This document shows positions 29,224 through 40,107 of a DNA stretch of 47,899 nt, one piece after another. How positions within the stretch are numbered: position 1 is the stretch's first letter; every line of letters starts with the position of its first letter. The position numbers were made by a program, and so were the translations under genes. The notes beneath the pieces were generated by a model, which had not been told where the DNA came from, did not search any database, and saw only the letters and a program-made list of their open reading frames with translations. The stretch comes from an uncultured archaeon (GTDB lineage: Archaea; Thermoproteota; EX4484-205; JAAOZP01). The DNA is taken from positions 1 to 47,899 of the forward strand of contig CALIBN010000042.1 in NCBI GenBank assembly GCA_938045545.1. The letters run 5' to 3'.

Positions 29224-30486
29224 ATGAGCCTGTCCAAGTTAGGCGGGATGACGATTCTTCTGATAGCAATCTCCCTGATAATAGGACTGGCTGCAGGATA
29301 CTTCGCGGGTGGTGCAGGCAAGGTTCCCGAGTCCCAATACAATCAGCTTCAAACATCGTACAACCAGCTTCAGCAAAACGTCAGCTCGCTCACTAGGAAG
29401 CTTAAAGCAGGGTTCATATACGTTGGTCCTGTTGAAGACTTCGGCTGGACTGCTGCGCACGATCAAGGCAGGAGGTATGTTGAAAAAGTCTTCCCGTGGC
29501 TTGAAACCGTTTACGTAGAGTCTGTTCCTGAGGCTGAGGCTGCGAGGTATATTGAGAGGCTTGTTACTGAGGAGAATGTTGACGTGGTTTTCACAACCAG
29601 CTTCGGCTTCATGGATCCAACGATAGAGGTTGCTCAGAAATACCCTAATAAAATGTTCTTCCACTGCAGCGGTTTCAAAAGAGCTCCTAACTCCGGAACA
29701 TACTTTGCGGACTTCTACCAGGTTTACTATCTGAACGGGTTGATGGCTGGTGCCTTAACCAAGAGCAACAAGGTGGGCTATGTGGCAGCCTACCCGATAC
29801 CGGAAGTCCTCAGACACATCAATGCCTTCGCGCTGGGTGTCAAGGAGGCTAATCCTGAGGCGAAGGTCTATGTGAGATGGCTTTTCGCATGGTACAATCC
29901 GACTGGCGCTAGGGAGGCTGCCCAAGCACTAGTAAGCATCGGTGTCGATACGATTGCCTTCACAGAGGACTCTACAGCCATAGTTGAGTTCGCTCAAGAA
30001 CAGTATCGGCAAGGAAAGCAACTCTACGTTTTCTCTCATTACAGCCCGATGCAGGATGTTGGTCCAGACGTCGTGGTGAGCGGCCAGATAGTCCACTGGG
30101 AGGTTATCTACGCCGACATACTTATGAAGATCAGAATGGGCATCTACAACAATACTAACTTGGCTAATGTTGACTACCTTTGGCTGCTCAAGGAGGGTGC
30201 AGTGGAGCTCGGTGGAAAGCCTGGAGTGCCGATAAACCCGAAGTTCGTTAACGATTTAAAGAATAAGTATCTGCCGGGTCAACCCGTGAGCGTGTACGAC
30301 GCTGTTATGAAAAGGCTTACGCTGATGAAGGATGTTAACGTGCCTTTCGACCCGTTCACCGGCCCAATAAGAGATCAAGCGGGGAATGTTAAGATTCCAG
30401 CAGGCCAGAGAGCGACCATAGCTCAGCTTTTCACGGAGGAGATGAACTGGTTCCTAGACAACATAATAGGATCGCCGTCAGGATGA
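29224..30486 (+). CDS. BMP-family ABC transporter substrate-binding protein (nucleoside/purine-like)
   Basis: GFIYVGPVEDFGWTAAHDQGR, TTSFGF, HINAFALG. An N-terminal TM anchor starts at ATG 29224; the track's 28810 start overlaps the opposite-strand gene. Confidence 0.9.
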   Translation: MSLSKLGGMTILLIAISLIIGLAAGYFAGGAGKVPESQYNQLQTSYNQLQQNVSSLTRKLKAGFIYVGPVEDFGWTAAHDQGRRYVEKVFPWLETVYVESVPEAEAARYIERLVTEENVDVVFTTSFGFMDPTIEVAQKYPNKMFFHCSGFKRAPNSGTYFADFYQVYYLNGLMAGALTKSNKVGYVAAYPIPEVLRHINAFALGVKEANPEAKVYVRWLFAWYNPTGAREAAQALVSIGVDTIAFTEDSTAIVEFAQEQYRQGKQLYVFSHYSPMQDVGPDVVVSGQIVHWEVIYADILMKIRMGIYNNTNLANVDYLWLLKEGAVELGGKPGVPINPKFVNDLKNKYLPGQPVSVYDAVMKRLTLMKDVNVPFDPFTGPIRDQAGNVKIPAGQRATIAQLFTEEMNWFLDNIIGSPSG

Positions 30487-30538
30487 TTCTAGAAACGTCT
30501 CTACCTCCTCTTTTTTCTCGAAAGGATGTTGACGAAGC

Positions 30539-32053
30539 TTGACGGATAATTCTAAGTATCTTGTTGAAATGCGGGGAATTGTGAAAAGGTTTCCCACGGT
30601 TGTCGCGCTAGATAATGTTGACTTCAAGGTTAGAAAGGGAGAGATACATGCTCTTCTAGGTGAGAACGGTGCGGGTAAAACAACTCTTATGAGAATCCTA
30701 TATGGTATGTACAAGCCTGACGCTGGGGAGATAATCGTGGAGGGCCGTAGGGCCAGCATAGGTTCGCCTGGGGACGCGTTGAAAATGGGAATAGGGATGG
30801 TTCACCAGCATTTCATGCTTGTGGATAAGCTTACTGTTCTGGAGAACGTAGCCCTGTTTGTTGAGGAAGGCTTCAGGATAAGTTTTAACGGGATTAGGAG
30901 TAGGATGGAGGAGCTTTCTAAGACGTATGGTTTAAAGATCGATCTCGACGCGAAAATCTGGCAGCTTTCGGCAGGAGAACAGCAGAAGGTTGAAATATTA
31001 AAAACGCTTTACAGGAATGTTAAACTCCTAATCCTAGACGAGCCCACCTCCGTCTTAACACCTATTGAGTCGGAGGAGCTTTTCAAATCGTTAAGGAGAA
31101 TGGTTGAAACAGGCAAATCAATCATCCTGATAACGCATAGGCTTAACGAGGCGCTTACGGCTAGCGACTCCATAACGATCCTGAGGAAAGGAAAGGTCGT
31201 GGCGGCTGAAGTTAAGCCGCGTGAAGCAAGCAGGCTTGACCTGGTTAATATGATAGTCGGCAGGCCTCTGGAATTCAAGCCTAGGATTAACAATGCTAGG
31301 AAAGGCGGCAAGCCTGTTTTAGAAGTTGAGAGACTAAGGGTTTTAGATGACAGGGGTCTCGTAGCGGTCAAGGATGTTTCCTTCGTTATGAAGGAGGGGG
31401 AAATCCTAGGCGTAGCGGGGGTAGCAGGGAATGGTCAGAGGGAGCTTGTTGAAGCCCTCACGGGACTAAGGAGGGTCGAAAAAGGAACTGTGAAAATAAT
31501 GGGGATGGATGTTACTAATAGTCCTCCGAAGAAGATTATCAGGCTTGGTGTTGCACACATTCCTGAGGACAGGTTCAGATACGGTGTTGCACCCGACTTG
31601 AGTGTTGCAGAGAACATGATTATGAAGCTTTACGGGGAAAAGTTTTCAAGGGGAATATTTATGGATGCAGAAGCGATTCAGAGAGAAACAGAAAAACTTG
31701 TTCAGGAGTTTGAGATAGTTGCACCGAGCGTGAATGCACCGGTAAGCCTCCTTTCAGGTGGGAATATTCAGAAGCTGATAGTTGCTAGAGAGCTCTCGAT
31801 AAATCCTAAGATTCTTGTCGCAAGCAATCCTACTTCAGGCTTGGATGTTGCTTCAACAAACTATGTGCACTGGATCTTCCACAGGCTTAGGGAAGCCGGG
31901 GGCAGTGTACTCCTAGTTTCCGAAGACCTCGAGGAGGTTTTAGCTTTAAGCAATAGGATACTTGTTATGAAGGAGGGTAAAATAGTCAGAGAGTTTGGGG
32001 GAGGCGTGTCGATCAGCGAAGTTGGGCTTGCGATGACCGCGGGAGCAGCGTAG
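30539..32053 (+). CDS. ABC transporter ATP-binding protein (CUT2, two ATPase domains)
   Basis: GENGAGKTT, LSAGEQQ, LDEPT, LSGGNIQK. Confidence 0.95.
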   Translation: MTDNSKYLVEMRGIVKRFPTVVALDNVDFKVRKGEIHALLGENGAGKTTLMRILYGMYKPDAGEIIVEGRRASIGSPGDALKMGIGMVHQHFMLVDKLTVLENVALFVEEGFRISFNGIRSRMEELSKTYGLKIDLDAKIWQLSAGEQQKVEILKTLYRNVKLLILDEPTSVLTPIESEELFKSLRRMVETGKSIILITHRLNEALTASDSITILRKGKVVAAEVKPREASRLDLVNMIVGRPLEFKPRINNARKGGKPVLEVERLRVLDDRGLVAVKDVSFVMKEGEILGVAGVAGNGQRELVEALTGLRRVEKGTVKIMGMDVTNSPPKKIIRLGVAHIPEDRFRYGVAPDLSVAENMIMKLYGEKFSRGIFMDAEAIQRETEKLVQEFEIVAPSVNAPVSLLSGGNIQKLIVARELSINPKILVASNPTSGLDVASTNYVHWIFHRLREAGGSVLLVSEDLEEVLALSNRILVMKEGKIVREFGGGVSISEVGLAMTAGAA

Positions 32054-32105
32054 CCATGGTCAAGAGAAGTGTTAAAGCATGCTTATCGAAGCAGTGGTGT
32101 GAAGA

Positions 32106-33182
32106 TTGGAAATAAGACTGGAGAGAAGACAAACCGTATCCAGGAGGATCAACGTGTCTTCTAGAATACTCGCTGTACTCCTGTCACTCCCGCTTATAGG
32201 ATTGTTATTCGCCGCTTACGGCGTGAACCCGGTCGACGCCTATCTGAGGATTTTTACAGGGGCCTTTGGAAGCCCGTATGGTTTCTGTGAGACGATTGTG
32301 AAAACGCTTCCAATAGGGTTATGCGCCGTCGGGCTTACCCTCGCCTACAGGGCGAGAGTTTTAAACATAGGTGCTGAGGGACAGCTGATAATAGGCTCCA
32401 TGGCTGCAACATGGGTCGCGCTATACTCCGGTCTTCCGCAAAGCATAATCATTATTGTAATGCTGCTTGCGGGCTTCATTCTCGGGGCTGCATGGGCACT
32501 GTTACCAGCGCTGCTGAAATCAAGGCTCAACATCAGCGAGGTCATAGTGACTCTTATGATGAACTACATCTCCTTAAAGCTGCTGGACTATGTGGTGACG
32601 GGTCCATGGAGAGGTTTAACCCAGTGGGGGTTCCCGCAGACAGACCCTTTCCCGAGCTACGCCAGGCTCCCCATGATAGTGGGAACCAGAATACACTACT
32701 ATACTCTCATACTGCTCCTAGCCTCAACACTCATCCTCTACGTGTTAATGAAGAGGACGAAGATTGGCTACGAGGTAAAAGTCGTAGGGGGTAATCCGGA
32801 CGCAGCTAAGTATGCTGGGATAAGTGTAACCAAGAATATCCTGCTAGTCATGCTGGTCAGCGGAGGACTTGCGGGAGTTGCTGGAGTAGGGGAGGTCGCC
32901 GGCATACATGGGCGGCTAATAAGAGGGATATCCCCCGGCTACGGTTATACTGCGATAATCCCGGCTTGGCTCGGCGGGCTTGATCCTCTGGCGACGCTAA
33001 TAGCATCGTTCTTCATAAGCGGCTTGATGGTGGGTGGTGACGCGATACAGATTTCCCTCAGACTGCCATCTAGCCTCGTATACGTGTTTAACGGAATGAT
33101 TCTCCTCTTAATTATAAGTAGCGAGGTCCTAGCCAAATACAGAATCGTGATTAAAATAGGTGGTAGCAGAATATGGATATAG
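32106..33182 (+). CDS. ABC transporter permease
   Basis: Hydrophobic protein with NIGAEGQ and GGNPDAAKYAGI motifs of nucleoside-type permeases. Confidence 0.92.
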   Translation: MEIRLERRQTVSRRINVSSRILAVLLSLPLIGLLFAAYGVNPVDAYLRIFTGAFGSPYGFCETIVKTLPIGLCAVGLTLAYRARVLNIGAEGQLIIGSMAATWVALYSGLPQSIIIIVMLLAGFILGAAWALLPALLKSRLNISEVIVTLMMNYISLKLLDYVVTGPWRGLTQWGFPQTDPFPSYARLPMIVGTRIHYYTLILLLASTLILYVLMKRTKIGYEVKVVGGNPDAAKYAGISVTKNILLVMLVSGGLAGVAGVGEVAGIHGRLIRGISPGYGYTAIIPAWLGGLDPLATLIASFFISGLMVGGDAIQISLRLPSSLVYVFNGMILLLIISSEVLAKYRIVIKIGGSRIWI

Positions 33183-34087
33183 CTGCCTCAATACTTGCGG
33201 AAGCAGTCAGAGCCGGTACGCCGCTGATGCTTGCTACTCTCGGGGAAATATACTGTGAAAGATCAGGAGTTTTAAACCTTGGGCTCGACGGTGTGATGAC
33301 GATCGGAGCCCTGGCGGGCTTTGCTGCAACATGGCTCACAGGATCAGTCTGGATAGGCTTAGCCGTAGCAATGCTTGCCGGAGGCCTCTTCTCGCTCATA
33401 CACGGGTTTACGAGCATAAGCCTCGGGGTAAACCAAACTGTTTCAGGCTTGGCTCTCGCAATGCTCGGGACGGGAGTTAGTAGCCTCTTAGGAACAAAAT
33501 ATGTGGGGCTGCCTCTTAGAGAAAGCCTCCCTCTTCTTCAAATACCTGTTTTGACGGAAATACCTTTAGCAGGCGGGCTATTCTGCCATGATCCGGTAGT
33601 TTATCTTGGAATGGTGCTTTCAATAGCAATGTGGCTTATCCTGTTTAAAACAAGGTTTGGAATAGCAGTGAGAGCAGTGGGAGAGAAGCCTGAGGCTGCG
33701 GACGCTGCTGGAGTCAACGTACAGTTGGTGAGATACTTGTGTGTTTTCCTAGGAGGAGTACTAGGGGGCCTCGGCGGTGCCTACGTAACCCTCTCTTATA
33801 CTCCAGGCTGGAGGGAGGGCGTGATGATGGGCAGAGGATGGATCGCCTTGGCTCTAACAATATTTTCCCTGTGGAACCCTCTTGGAAGCCTAATTGGAGC
33901 ATATCTTTTCGGAGGGGTTGAGGTCCTCCAGTTTCACCTTCAAGAGTACGGGGTTCCGGCAAGCCTGCTCGGCGCGCTTCCATATGTCTCCACCATCGTG
34001 GTGCTGATTGCCAGCTCACTGGGCCTCCTGAGAAAAAGGCTCGGTGCACCTGCAGCACTGGGAACACCGTATAGAAGAGAAGGTTAG
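33173..34087 (+). CDS. ABC transporter permease
   Basis: ERSGVLNLGLDG, RAVGEKPEAADAAGV, GRGWIALA, PAALGTPY. Confidence 0.92.
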   Translation: MDIAASILAEAVRAGTPLMLATLGEIYCERSGVLNLGLDGVMTIGALAGFAATWLTGSVWIGLAVAMLAGGLFSLIHGFTSISLGVNQTVSGLALAMLGTGVSSLLGTKYVGLPLRESLPLLQIPVLTEIPLAGGLFCHDPVVYLGMVLSIAMWLILFKTRFGIAVRAVGEKPEAADAAGVNVQLVRYLCVFLGGVLGGLGGAYVTLSYTPGWREGVMMGRGWIALALTIFSLWNPLGSLIGAYLFGGVEVLQFHLQEYGVPASLLGALPYVSTIVVLIASSLGLLRKRLGAPAALGTPYRREG

Positions 34088-34175
34088 CAAGCCCCATGTT
34101 CTGAATTTAAGCAGTGCGTTAAAACGGCTTGCTAACTAAAAAGCTTTATTATGGTTCTCGGCTCGGGTTTACTCC

Positions 34176-35192
34176 ATGAGGAAGGCTAAGATAGGGATTG
34201 TCGGTGTTGGAATCCAGGGCGAGCAGCAGTTGAAAGCGTTCAAAACGATAGGGCACGCCGAGGTTCTGGCAATCGCCGACCTGAATGAGAAAAGGGCTAG
34301 AGAGATTGGAGAAAAATACGGTGTCCCAAGAATATACACCGATTTCCAAGACCTTGCTAAGGATCCGGATGTAGAGGCGGTTTCCATCTGCACGCCGGAC
34401 CACCTGCATACGGAGCCTGCGCTCACAGCTCTTGAGAACAATAAGCATCTGCTCATAGAAAAGCCTCTCGCGACGAACGTTGCAGATGCCCAGAAGATAG
34501 TTGACGAGGCTAATAAACGCGGCCTCAAGCTGATGGTTAATTTCAGCAATAGGTGGAGTCCTCCCTTCAGGCTAGCTAGGAACACGATAGAAGCAGGTGG
34601 AATTGGCAGAATCGTCAATGCATATGCGCGTCTAAGCGACACAATATATGTTCCAACCGAAATGATAAAATGGTCTGATAAGACTAATGTTCTCTGGTTT
34701 CTCGGAAGCCATGTTTTCGACCTACTGAGATGGCTTTTTAACGATGAGGCTAAAAGGGTCTTCGGGGTTTCAAGGTCGATTGTGCTGGCCGCAAGGGGGA
34801 TCGAGACCCAAGACTTCTACCAGGCTGTAATCGAGTTTCAAAATGGAATCACCGCTGTAATGGAGAACAGCTGGATTCTCCCCAAGGGGGAACCATTCAT
34901 AGTGGATTTTAAAATGGAGATTTTCGGGGAAAAGGGTGCAGTGAGAATAGATAGGACGCATCACGGCAGCGTGAGGGTTGTGAACGAGCATAGAATGATG
35001 TTTCCAGACGTGTATGTCTTGCCACCTGAAAACATCAGCATGTTTCTAAGGGCGGGACTAGAATGCTTCGTAGACTGCTTGATGCATGACTCAACACCTC
35101 CCGTAACCGGTGAAGACGGCCTTATCGTAACGAAAGTTATAAGCGCCATCATCAAGTCAAGCGAAATAGGTATGCCCGTTGAAATCAGCTAA
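34176..35192 (+). CDS. Gfo/Idh/MocA-family oxidoreductase
   Basis: GIVGVG, ICTPDHLH, IEKPLA, GSHVFD. Confidence 0.92.
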   Translation: MRKAKIGIVGVGIQGEQQLKAFKTIGHAEVLAIADLNEKRAREIGEKYGVPRIYTDFQDLAKDPDVEAVSICTPDHLHTEPALTALENNKHLLIEKPLATNVADAQKIVDEANKRGLKLMVNFSNRWSPPFRLARNTIEAGGIGRIVNAYARLSDTIYVPTEMIKWSDKTNVLWFLGSHVFDLLRWLFNDEAKRVFGVSRSIVLAARGIETQDFYQAVIEFQNGITAVMENSWILPKGEPFIVDFKMEIFGEKGAVRIDRTHHGSVRVVNEHRMMFPDVYVLPPENISMFLRAGLECFVDCLMHDSTPPVTGEDGLIVTKVISAIIKSSEIGMPVEIS

Positions 35193-35299
35193 CAAGCCTA
35201 AATGTCCTTTACTCACTGGATCGACGCTATGCGGAATTAGGAATGTCTAGTTTTAACACTCTGAAAAGATTAAATCCAGCATAATCAGAAAAACTCGGG

Positions 35300-36367
35300 A
35301 TGGATCCGAGAGAAAGATGCATCAAATCTATCGAGTTTGAGGAAATAGACAGGGTGCCAACTGTCCTTAGAGCAAGACCGGAGGTCATTTCCCTTCTGGA
35401 GAAACACTTCAACGTAAACGGGTTCGACAATGTTTGTTCCAAACTCGACGTGGATGTAAGGTTTGCGCCAGCCATCGGCTTAACCGGTGGATACGTTCCT
35501 GAAGGAGTTGAAGTTAAGGAAGGGCCGTATGAGGCTGCTTACACTGTTGGACGCAGCGGAGAGTACGAGTTTAGGAAAGACAGGTGGGGAATAGTAAGCA
35601 AGTGGTCAAGCAAAACCTATACTTATCAGTATGTCGATCACCCCCTTAGAACCATAGATGTTGAAGACTATGTTTGGCCTGAAGTCAACGAGGAAAGCTT
35701 CGAGCTTGTAAAACAATACAGGATGGAAAATGAAAGCCTCTGCGTCTACGGTGGCGTGATCCACCTTTTTGAAATCGCTTGGCAGCTGACAGGTTTCAAC
35801 GAACTCATGGTGATGATGAGTAGAAACGACCCTAGGGTGGAAAGGATTCTCGACAAGCTTAACGAGATCCGTTTAAAACAGGCCCAATTATTGCTGGAAG
35901 CCGACGTCGACGTTGTCATCGACGGTGACGATGTGGGTGCTCAGAACACCATGATACTGTCTCCTACCGTATGGAGAAGGTTTCTCAAACCTAGGTACCG
36001 CCTTCTGTCTGATTTAATTCATTCCAAGGGTAAGTATTTCTTCTTCCATAGCGACGGATGGATTGAGCCTATAATTCAAGACTTGGTTGAAATAGGCGTT
36101 GACATACTTAACCCGGTTCAACCAGAAACCATGGACCCCGTGAGAATAAGAGGACTATGTGGAAACAGGATGGCGTTTGAAGGCACGCTTTCAATACAAA
36201 GAACACTTCCATTCGGGAACGTTGAGGATGTTAGGAAAGAGGTTAGAAAAAGAATCAGAGAACTCGGATCAACCGGGCTCATCTTGGGGCCGTCGCACTC
36301 TCTACAGCCAGACACCCCGTTAGAAAACATATTGGCGATTTATGATGCTGTGAAGAAAGAATCATAA
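35300..36367 (+). CDS. Uroporphyrinogen decarboxylase-family protein (MtaA/CmuA-like)
   Basis: ERC...EIDRVP, GDDVG, FHSDG, LNPVQP, GPSHSL. Confidence 0.85.
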   Translation: MDPRERCIKSIEFEEIDRVPTVLRARPEVISLLEKHFNVNGFDNVCSKLDVDVRFAPAIGLTGGYVPEGVEVKEGPYEAAYTVGRSGEYEFRKDRWGIVSKWSSKTYTYQYVDHPLRTIDVEDYVWPEVNEESFELVKQYRMENESLCVYGGVIHLFEIAWQLTGFNELMVMMSRNDPRVERILDKLNEIRLKQAQLLLEADVDVVIDGDDVGAQNTMILSPTVWRRFLKPRYRLLSDLIHSKGKYFFFHSDGWIEPIIQDLVEIGVDILNPVQPETMDPVRIRGLCGNRMAFEGTLSIQRTLPFGNVEDVRKEVRKRIRELGSTGLILGPSHSLQPDTPLENILAIYDAVKKES

Positions 36368-36455
36368 CCGGTTCGCCGCACATGCTCCACAACGCACAGG
36401 GTTTTAATCTACTTGTCCTAGTAAGCTTTAAATGAACCGCTGAAAAAATACCTGC

Positions 36456-37661
36456 ATGCTAGCAGTAAAAGGGGGGAAACCTACTAGAACCAAGCCTTGG
36501 CCAGCATGGCCAGTCTACGACGAAAGGGAGCTGAAGGCTCTTGAGGAAACATTGAAAAACAGGTTTTGGGGGGGAGGAGTTGAGGAGAGCGGTCCTAAGG
36601 AAAAAGAGTTTGAAGAAAAATTCTCCAAGTTCCATGGCTGCGAATACGGGGTTTGCGTCTCAAGCGGTACCGAAGCCCTACACCTGGCTCTCCTCTCAAT
36701 CGGAGTGGGTCCCGGAGATGAAGTGATAGTGCCTGCGCTCACGTTCTGGGCGACGGGGAGTGCGGTCTTAATGACTGGAGGAAACCTAATCATAGTAGAT
36801 GTTGATCCTGAGACATACTGCATGAGCATTGAAGAGGTTGAAAACAGCATTACGAGTCGAACCAAGGCCATAATCTCGGTCTACAATTATGGGAACGCTC
36901 CGGATATGGATAAACTGTTAGAAATTGCGGAGAAGCATGGTCTCGCGTTAATAGAGGATTGCGCGAGGGCTCACGGCTTCGTGTGGAGAAATAAGCCGGC
37001 GGGGTCAATCGGAGACATTGGCTGCTTCAGCTTCCAGCAGGGGAAGCTCATGACTGCTGGAGAGGGGGGAATAATAATAACTAACAATAGGCTTTACGCT
37101 GAGAGATGCAGGGCATTAAGAACATGTGGAAGAATAAGGGGGGACGACGTGTACAACGTGGGGATTGACTACTGGTGGAACTGGTGGAATTTCAGGATGA
37201 CGCAGTTTCAAGCAGCAATACTGCTGGTCCAGCTGGAAAGGCTTGAGGAGCAGACGAAAACTAGGCAGGCTAACAGCGAATACTTAAGCAGGAGGCTGAA
37301 AGAAATCGAAGGAATCGCCCTGCTTAAGATAGATGAAAGGCTAACCAGGCATCAGCCTTGGCCATACCTGTTTAAATACGACTCGAAATGCTTCGGAAAC
37401 GTTTCTGTTAAAAGATTCGTGGAGGCTCTTAAAGCTGAAGGGGTTCCCTGTGGCGGAATAGACCATCCGCCTCTCAACATGACGTTAACAGCTCACGGAT
37501 CTGGGTCGCGAATAATAAGAAAGGCGAAGTATCCTGTTGCAGAGACTGCTATTCAGGAAGCCGTTACGTTGCCGCAATCAATATTCTTAGGAATTAGAGA
37601 AGACATGGATGATATAGTGGAGGCCATAGTCAAAATCAAAACCCATTCCGGCGAGCTATAG
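36456..37661 (+). CDS. DegT/DnrJ/EryC1/StrS PLP-dependent aminotransferase
   Basis: SSGTEAL, IEDCA, FSFQQGK (PLP lysine), GEGG, NFRMT. Confidence 0.92.
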   Translation: MLAVKGGKPTRTKPWPAWPVYDERELKALEETLKNRFWGGGVEESGPKEKEFEEKFSKFHGCEYGVCVSSGTEALHLALLSIGVGPGDEVIVPALTFWATGSAVLMTGGNLIIVDVDPETYCMSIEEVENSITSRTKAIISVYNYGNAPDMDKLLEIAEKHGLALIEDCARAHGFVWRNKPAGSIGDIGCFSFQQGKLMTAGEGGIIITNNRLYAERCRALRTCGRIRGDDVYNVGIDYWWNWWNFRMTQFQAAILLVQLERLEEQTKTRQANSEYLSRRLKEIEGIALLKIDERLTRHQPWPYLFKYDSKCFGNVSVKRFVEALKAEGVPCGGIDHPPLNMTLTAHGSGSRIIRKAKYPVAETAIQEAVTLPQSIFLGIREDMDDIVEAIVKIKTHSGEL

Positions 37662-37921
37662 TTCTCCCTAGGTCAAACCCTGTTAAAGGTTGCCGCGATA
37701 AAACTCGGTCGCTGGGCGTTCCATGCAATCCTCATACTTGTACCCGTTGCAGGAATTGCGATTCACGCCAAGCGCTCGTTTAACCAGTTATCCTCCCGTT
37801 TCTCCAGGGTTGTACGGCCGTCGACCTGCATTTGAGATTTTAGTTTCTATCGGCCTCGTCAATCATTGTTTAGGTTTTAAATGCAAGACATAAATATTGT
37901 TTAAGATTTAGACTGCTAATC

Positions 37922-38836
37922 ATGAGTGGAGTGTTGCAAGAACAGGAGAAAAGGCTTCGGGAGAGAATGGGTAGGGTTAAGCACAAGATTGCAGTGATCA
38001 GCGGCAAGGGTGGTGTGGGTAAAACAATGGTGACGGTGAACCTGGCAGTAGCCTTCGCCAAGAAGAGTGCTCCCGGTAAAGTGGGCATTCTAGACGCAGA
38101 TATTCATGGCCCATGCGTACCTAGGATGCTTGGCATGAAGGGAGATATTCTCAGGATAAGCCCAATCGGAGCCTTCCCTGCAACAGGCCCCTTAGGAATT
38201 AAAGTTGTCTCAATAGATTTCCTTCTGCCTAGTCAGGAGACACCTGTTATATGGCGCGGCCCCCTTAAGATGTCGGCGATCAGGCAATTCCTGTCAGACA
38301 TCACTTGGGGCGAGCTCGACCTACTCCTCATCGACCTGCCTCCCGGTACCGGTGACGAGGCGCTAAGCGTAATGCAGCTACTGCCGGAGATGGATGGCGT
38401 GGTCATCGTCACAATACCTTCAGAGGTTTCTCAGGACGTGGTTAAGAAGGCAGTGATGTTCGCGAAGGAGCTTAACATACCGGTCATAGGCGTGGTTGAG
38501 AACATGAGCGGCCTAATATGTCCAAACTGCGGGACGAGAATAGACGTTTTCAAAAAGGGGGGAGGGGAGGCGATGTCTAGAGAGCTGGGAGTTGATTTCC
38601 TGGGGAGAATCCCTTTGGACCCCCGTATATGCGAAGCGTCCGACGAAGGTATGCCATTCATAATGGTTCAGGAGGATTCGCCCGCAGCCAAATCCTTTGC
38701 TGAAATAGCTGAGAAAATATGGGGGTTTCTATATGAAAAAGGCGGTTTTGGAATGGAGGCGCATCCCGAACATGTTCGGAATATGGATAAAAATGGGTTA
38801 AGAAGGGAGGCGGATAACAAGGAGGTGAATGCTTAA
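37922..38836 (+). CDS. Mrp/NBP35 Fe-S cluster carrier ATPase
   Basis: SGKGGVGKT, DADIHGP, WRGP, DLPPGTGD, ENMS and CPNC. Confidence 0.94.
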   Translation: MSGVLQEQEKRLRERMGRVKHKIAVISGKGGVGKTMVTVNLAVAFAKKSAPGKVGILDADIHGPCVPRMLGMKGDILRISPIGAFPATGPLGIKVVSIDFLLPSQETPVIWRGPLKMSAIRQFLSDITWGELDLLLIDLPPGTGDEALSVMQLLPEMDGVVIVTIPSEVSQDVVKKAVMFAKELNIPVIGVVENMSGLICPNCGTRIDVFKKGGGEAMSRELGVDFLGRIPLDPRICEASDEGMPFIMVQEDSPAAKSFAEIAEKIWGFLYEKGGFGMEAHPEHVRNMDKNGLRREADNKEVNA

Positions 38837-39243
38837 TGCCTAGTGAGAAGGAAGTTGTCCAACCCAGGATTCTACACCCCTGCCACCAGGTTGCTGAACA
38901 GGAGAACATGGTCTGGGTCTGCGACGGGGCTGCGAACGTTGGGCAAATAGGGCATGAGATAGGAGTTTTACTCACAAACTTGGGCAAAGGCAGAATGTGC
39001 TGCACGACAGCACTCGCAGCAGGCTCGAAGCCACACCTAGACATAGCTGGAAGAGCTAAGAGAAACATAGTTATAAACGGATGTGGCAACAGATGTGCCT
39101 CTAAAGTCTTGGAAAAGGCTGGGGGAAAGATCGACTACGAGATCGACATATCTAAGTACCTGCGGAAAATACCGACTCTCGATATATATGAGGGAGATGT
39201 TCAGAAAATAGCCCAGATAATCATTGATGAAGCAAAGCTTTAA
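38836..39243 (+). CDS. DGC-domain putative zinc-binding protein
   Basis: CDGAANVGQ, MCC and INGCGNRCA match the DGC pattern; preceded by a GGAGGTG Shine-Dalgarno. Confidence 0.8.
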   Translation: MPSEKEVVQPRILHPCHQVAEQENMVWVCDGAANVGQIGHEIGVLLTNLGKGRMCCTTALAAGSKPHLDIAGRAKRNIVINGCGNRCASKVLEKAGGKIDYEIDISKYLRKIPTLDIYEGDVQKIAQIIIDEAKL

Positions 39244-39403
39244 GCCCAAGTGGACCGCCTGGATTTAAATCTTAAGAAAAGTTCGAAACCCATTGTTAAC
39301 AATCATGTTTAACACACTTCTGGATTAGTGGTTAATACGGTTATTTAGAAACGGAGTCTCGGGGAAAAATTTAAAAACGCTACTGGAAACGGGCAGTCTC
39401 AAG

Positions 39404-39787
39404 ATGAAGAACACTAAGAGTCGTCCCAGGTTCATAATGTGCTTCTGCACTGGAGAATGCCCAGGGTTTGCCAAACTAGAGCTCTGGAAACTGGTGAACT
39501 TCGTTAGAAACGAGCTTGACGTTGAGTACGCTGTTATCCACCCGCAGCTCTGCGTCACGGATGGAGACAACTTCCTGAGAGACCTCTTGAAAGATGGGGA
39601 TAAAGATGGGATTTACGTGATTGGCGGATGCGACCCGAGAATGCAGAGGAAAATGTTCAAGGACGTTTTCGCCGAGAAAGGCCTCGACTTCGACAAGCAA
39701 GTGGTTTCATTAGACCTTAGAAACATGGAGACTCCGGAAGCCATGAAGAAAGTCGTTGAAGCCATTGAAAAACTAACGGCTAGTTGA
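39404..39787 (+). CDS. Stand-alone heterodisulfide reductase subunit A N-terminal-like domain
   Basis: CFCTGECPG, HPQLC, GGCDPRMQ and LDLR resemble the HdrA N-terminal domain. Confidence 0.65.
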   Translation: MKNTKSRPRFIMCFCTGECPGFAKLELWKLVNFVRNELDVEYAVIHPQLCVTDGDNFLRDLLKDGDKDGIYVIGGCDPRMQRKMFKDVFAEKGLDFDKQVVSLDLRNMETPEAMKKVVEAIEKLTAS

Positions 39788-39807
39788 AATAATGGAGGTT
39801 TACGAGA

Positions 39808-40086
39808 ATGAGTAGGGCAAACCTATGGCCGATGAGGGAAGAAATAGAATGGTACCCTAGGATAAACCAGGATCTGTGCATTAAATGCGGGTCCTGCGTC
39901 GAGTTCTGCATGCGTGGGGTGTATTCGAGGCAGGGAGACAAGGTAGTGGTTTCCAAACCATACGAGTGCGTCGTGGGCTGTGAAACATGTAAACACAGGT
40001 GTCCAGCCGGGGCCATAAGCTTCCCCTCCAGGGAAGAATTAAGACAAATGCTGAAGGCCTTGAGAGAGAAGTATAAGTTGCAGTAG
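39808..40086 (+). CDS. 2[4Fe-4S] ferredoxin
   Basis: CIKCGSCVEFC and CVVGCETCKHRCP. Confidence 0.92.
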   Translation: MSRANLWPMREEIEWYPRINQDLCIKCGSCVEFCMRGVYSRQGDKVVVSKPYECVVGCETCKHRCPAGAISFPSREELRQMLKALREKYKLQ

Positions 40087-40107
40087 AAACTGTAATTAGA
40101 AGAGGAG

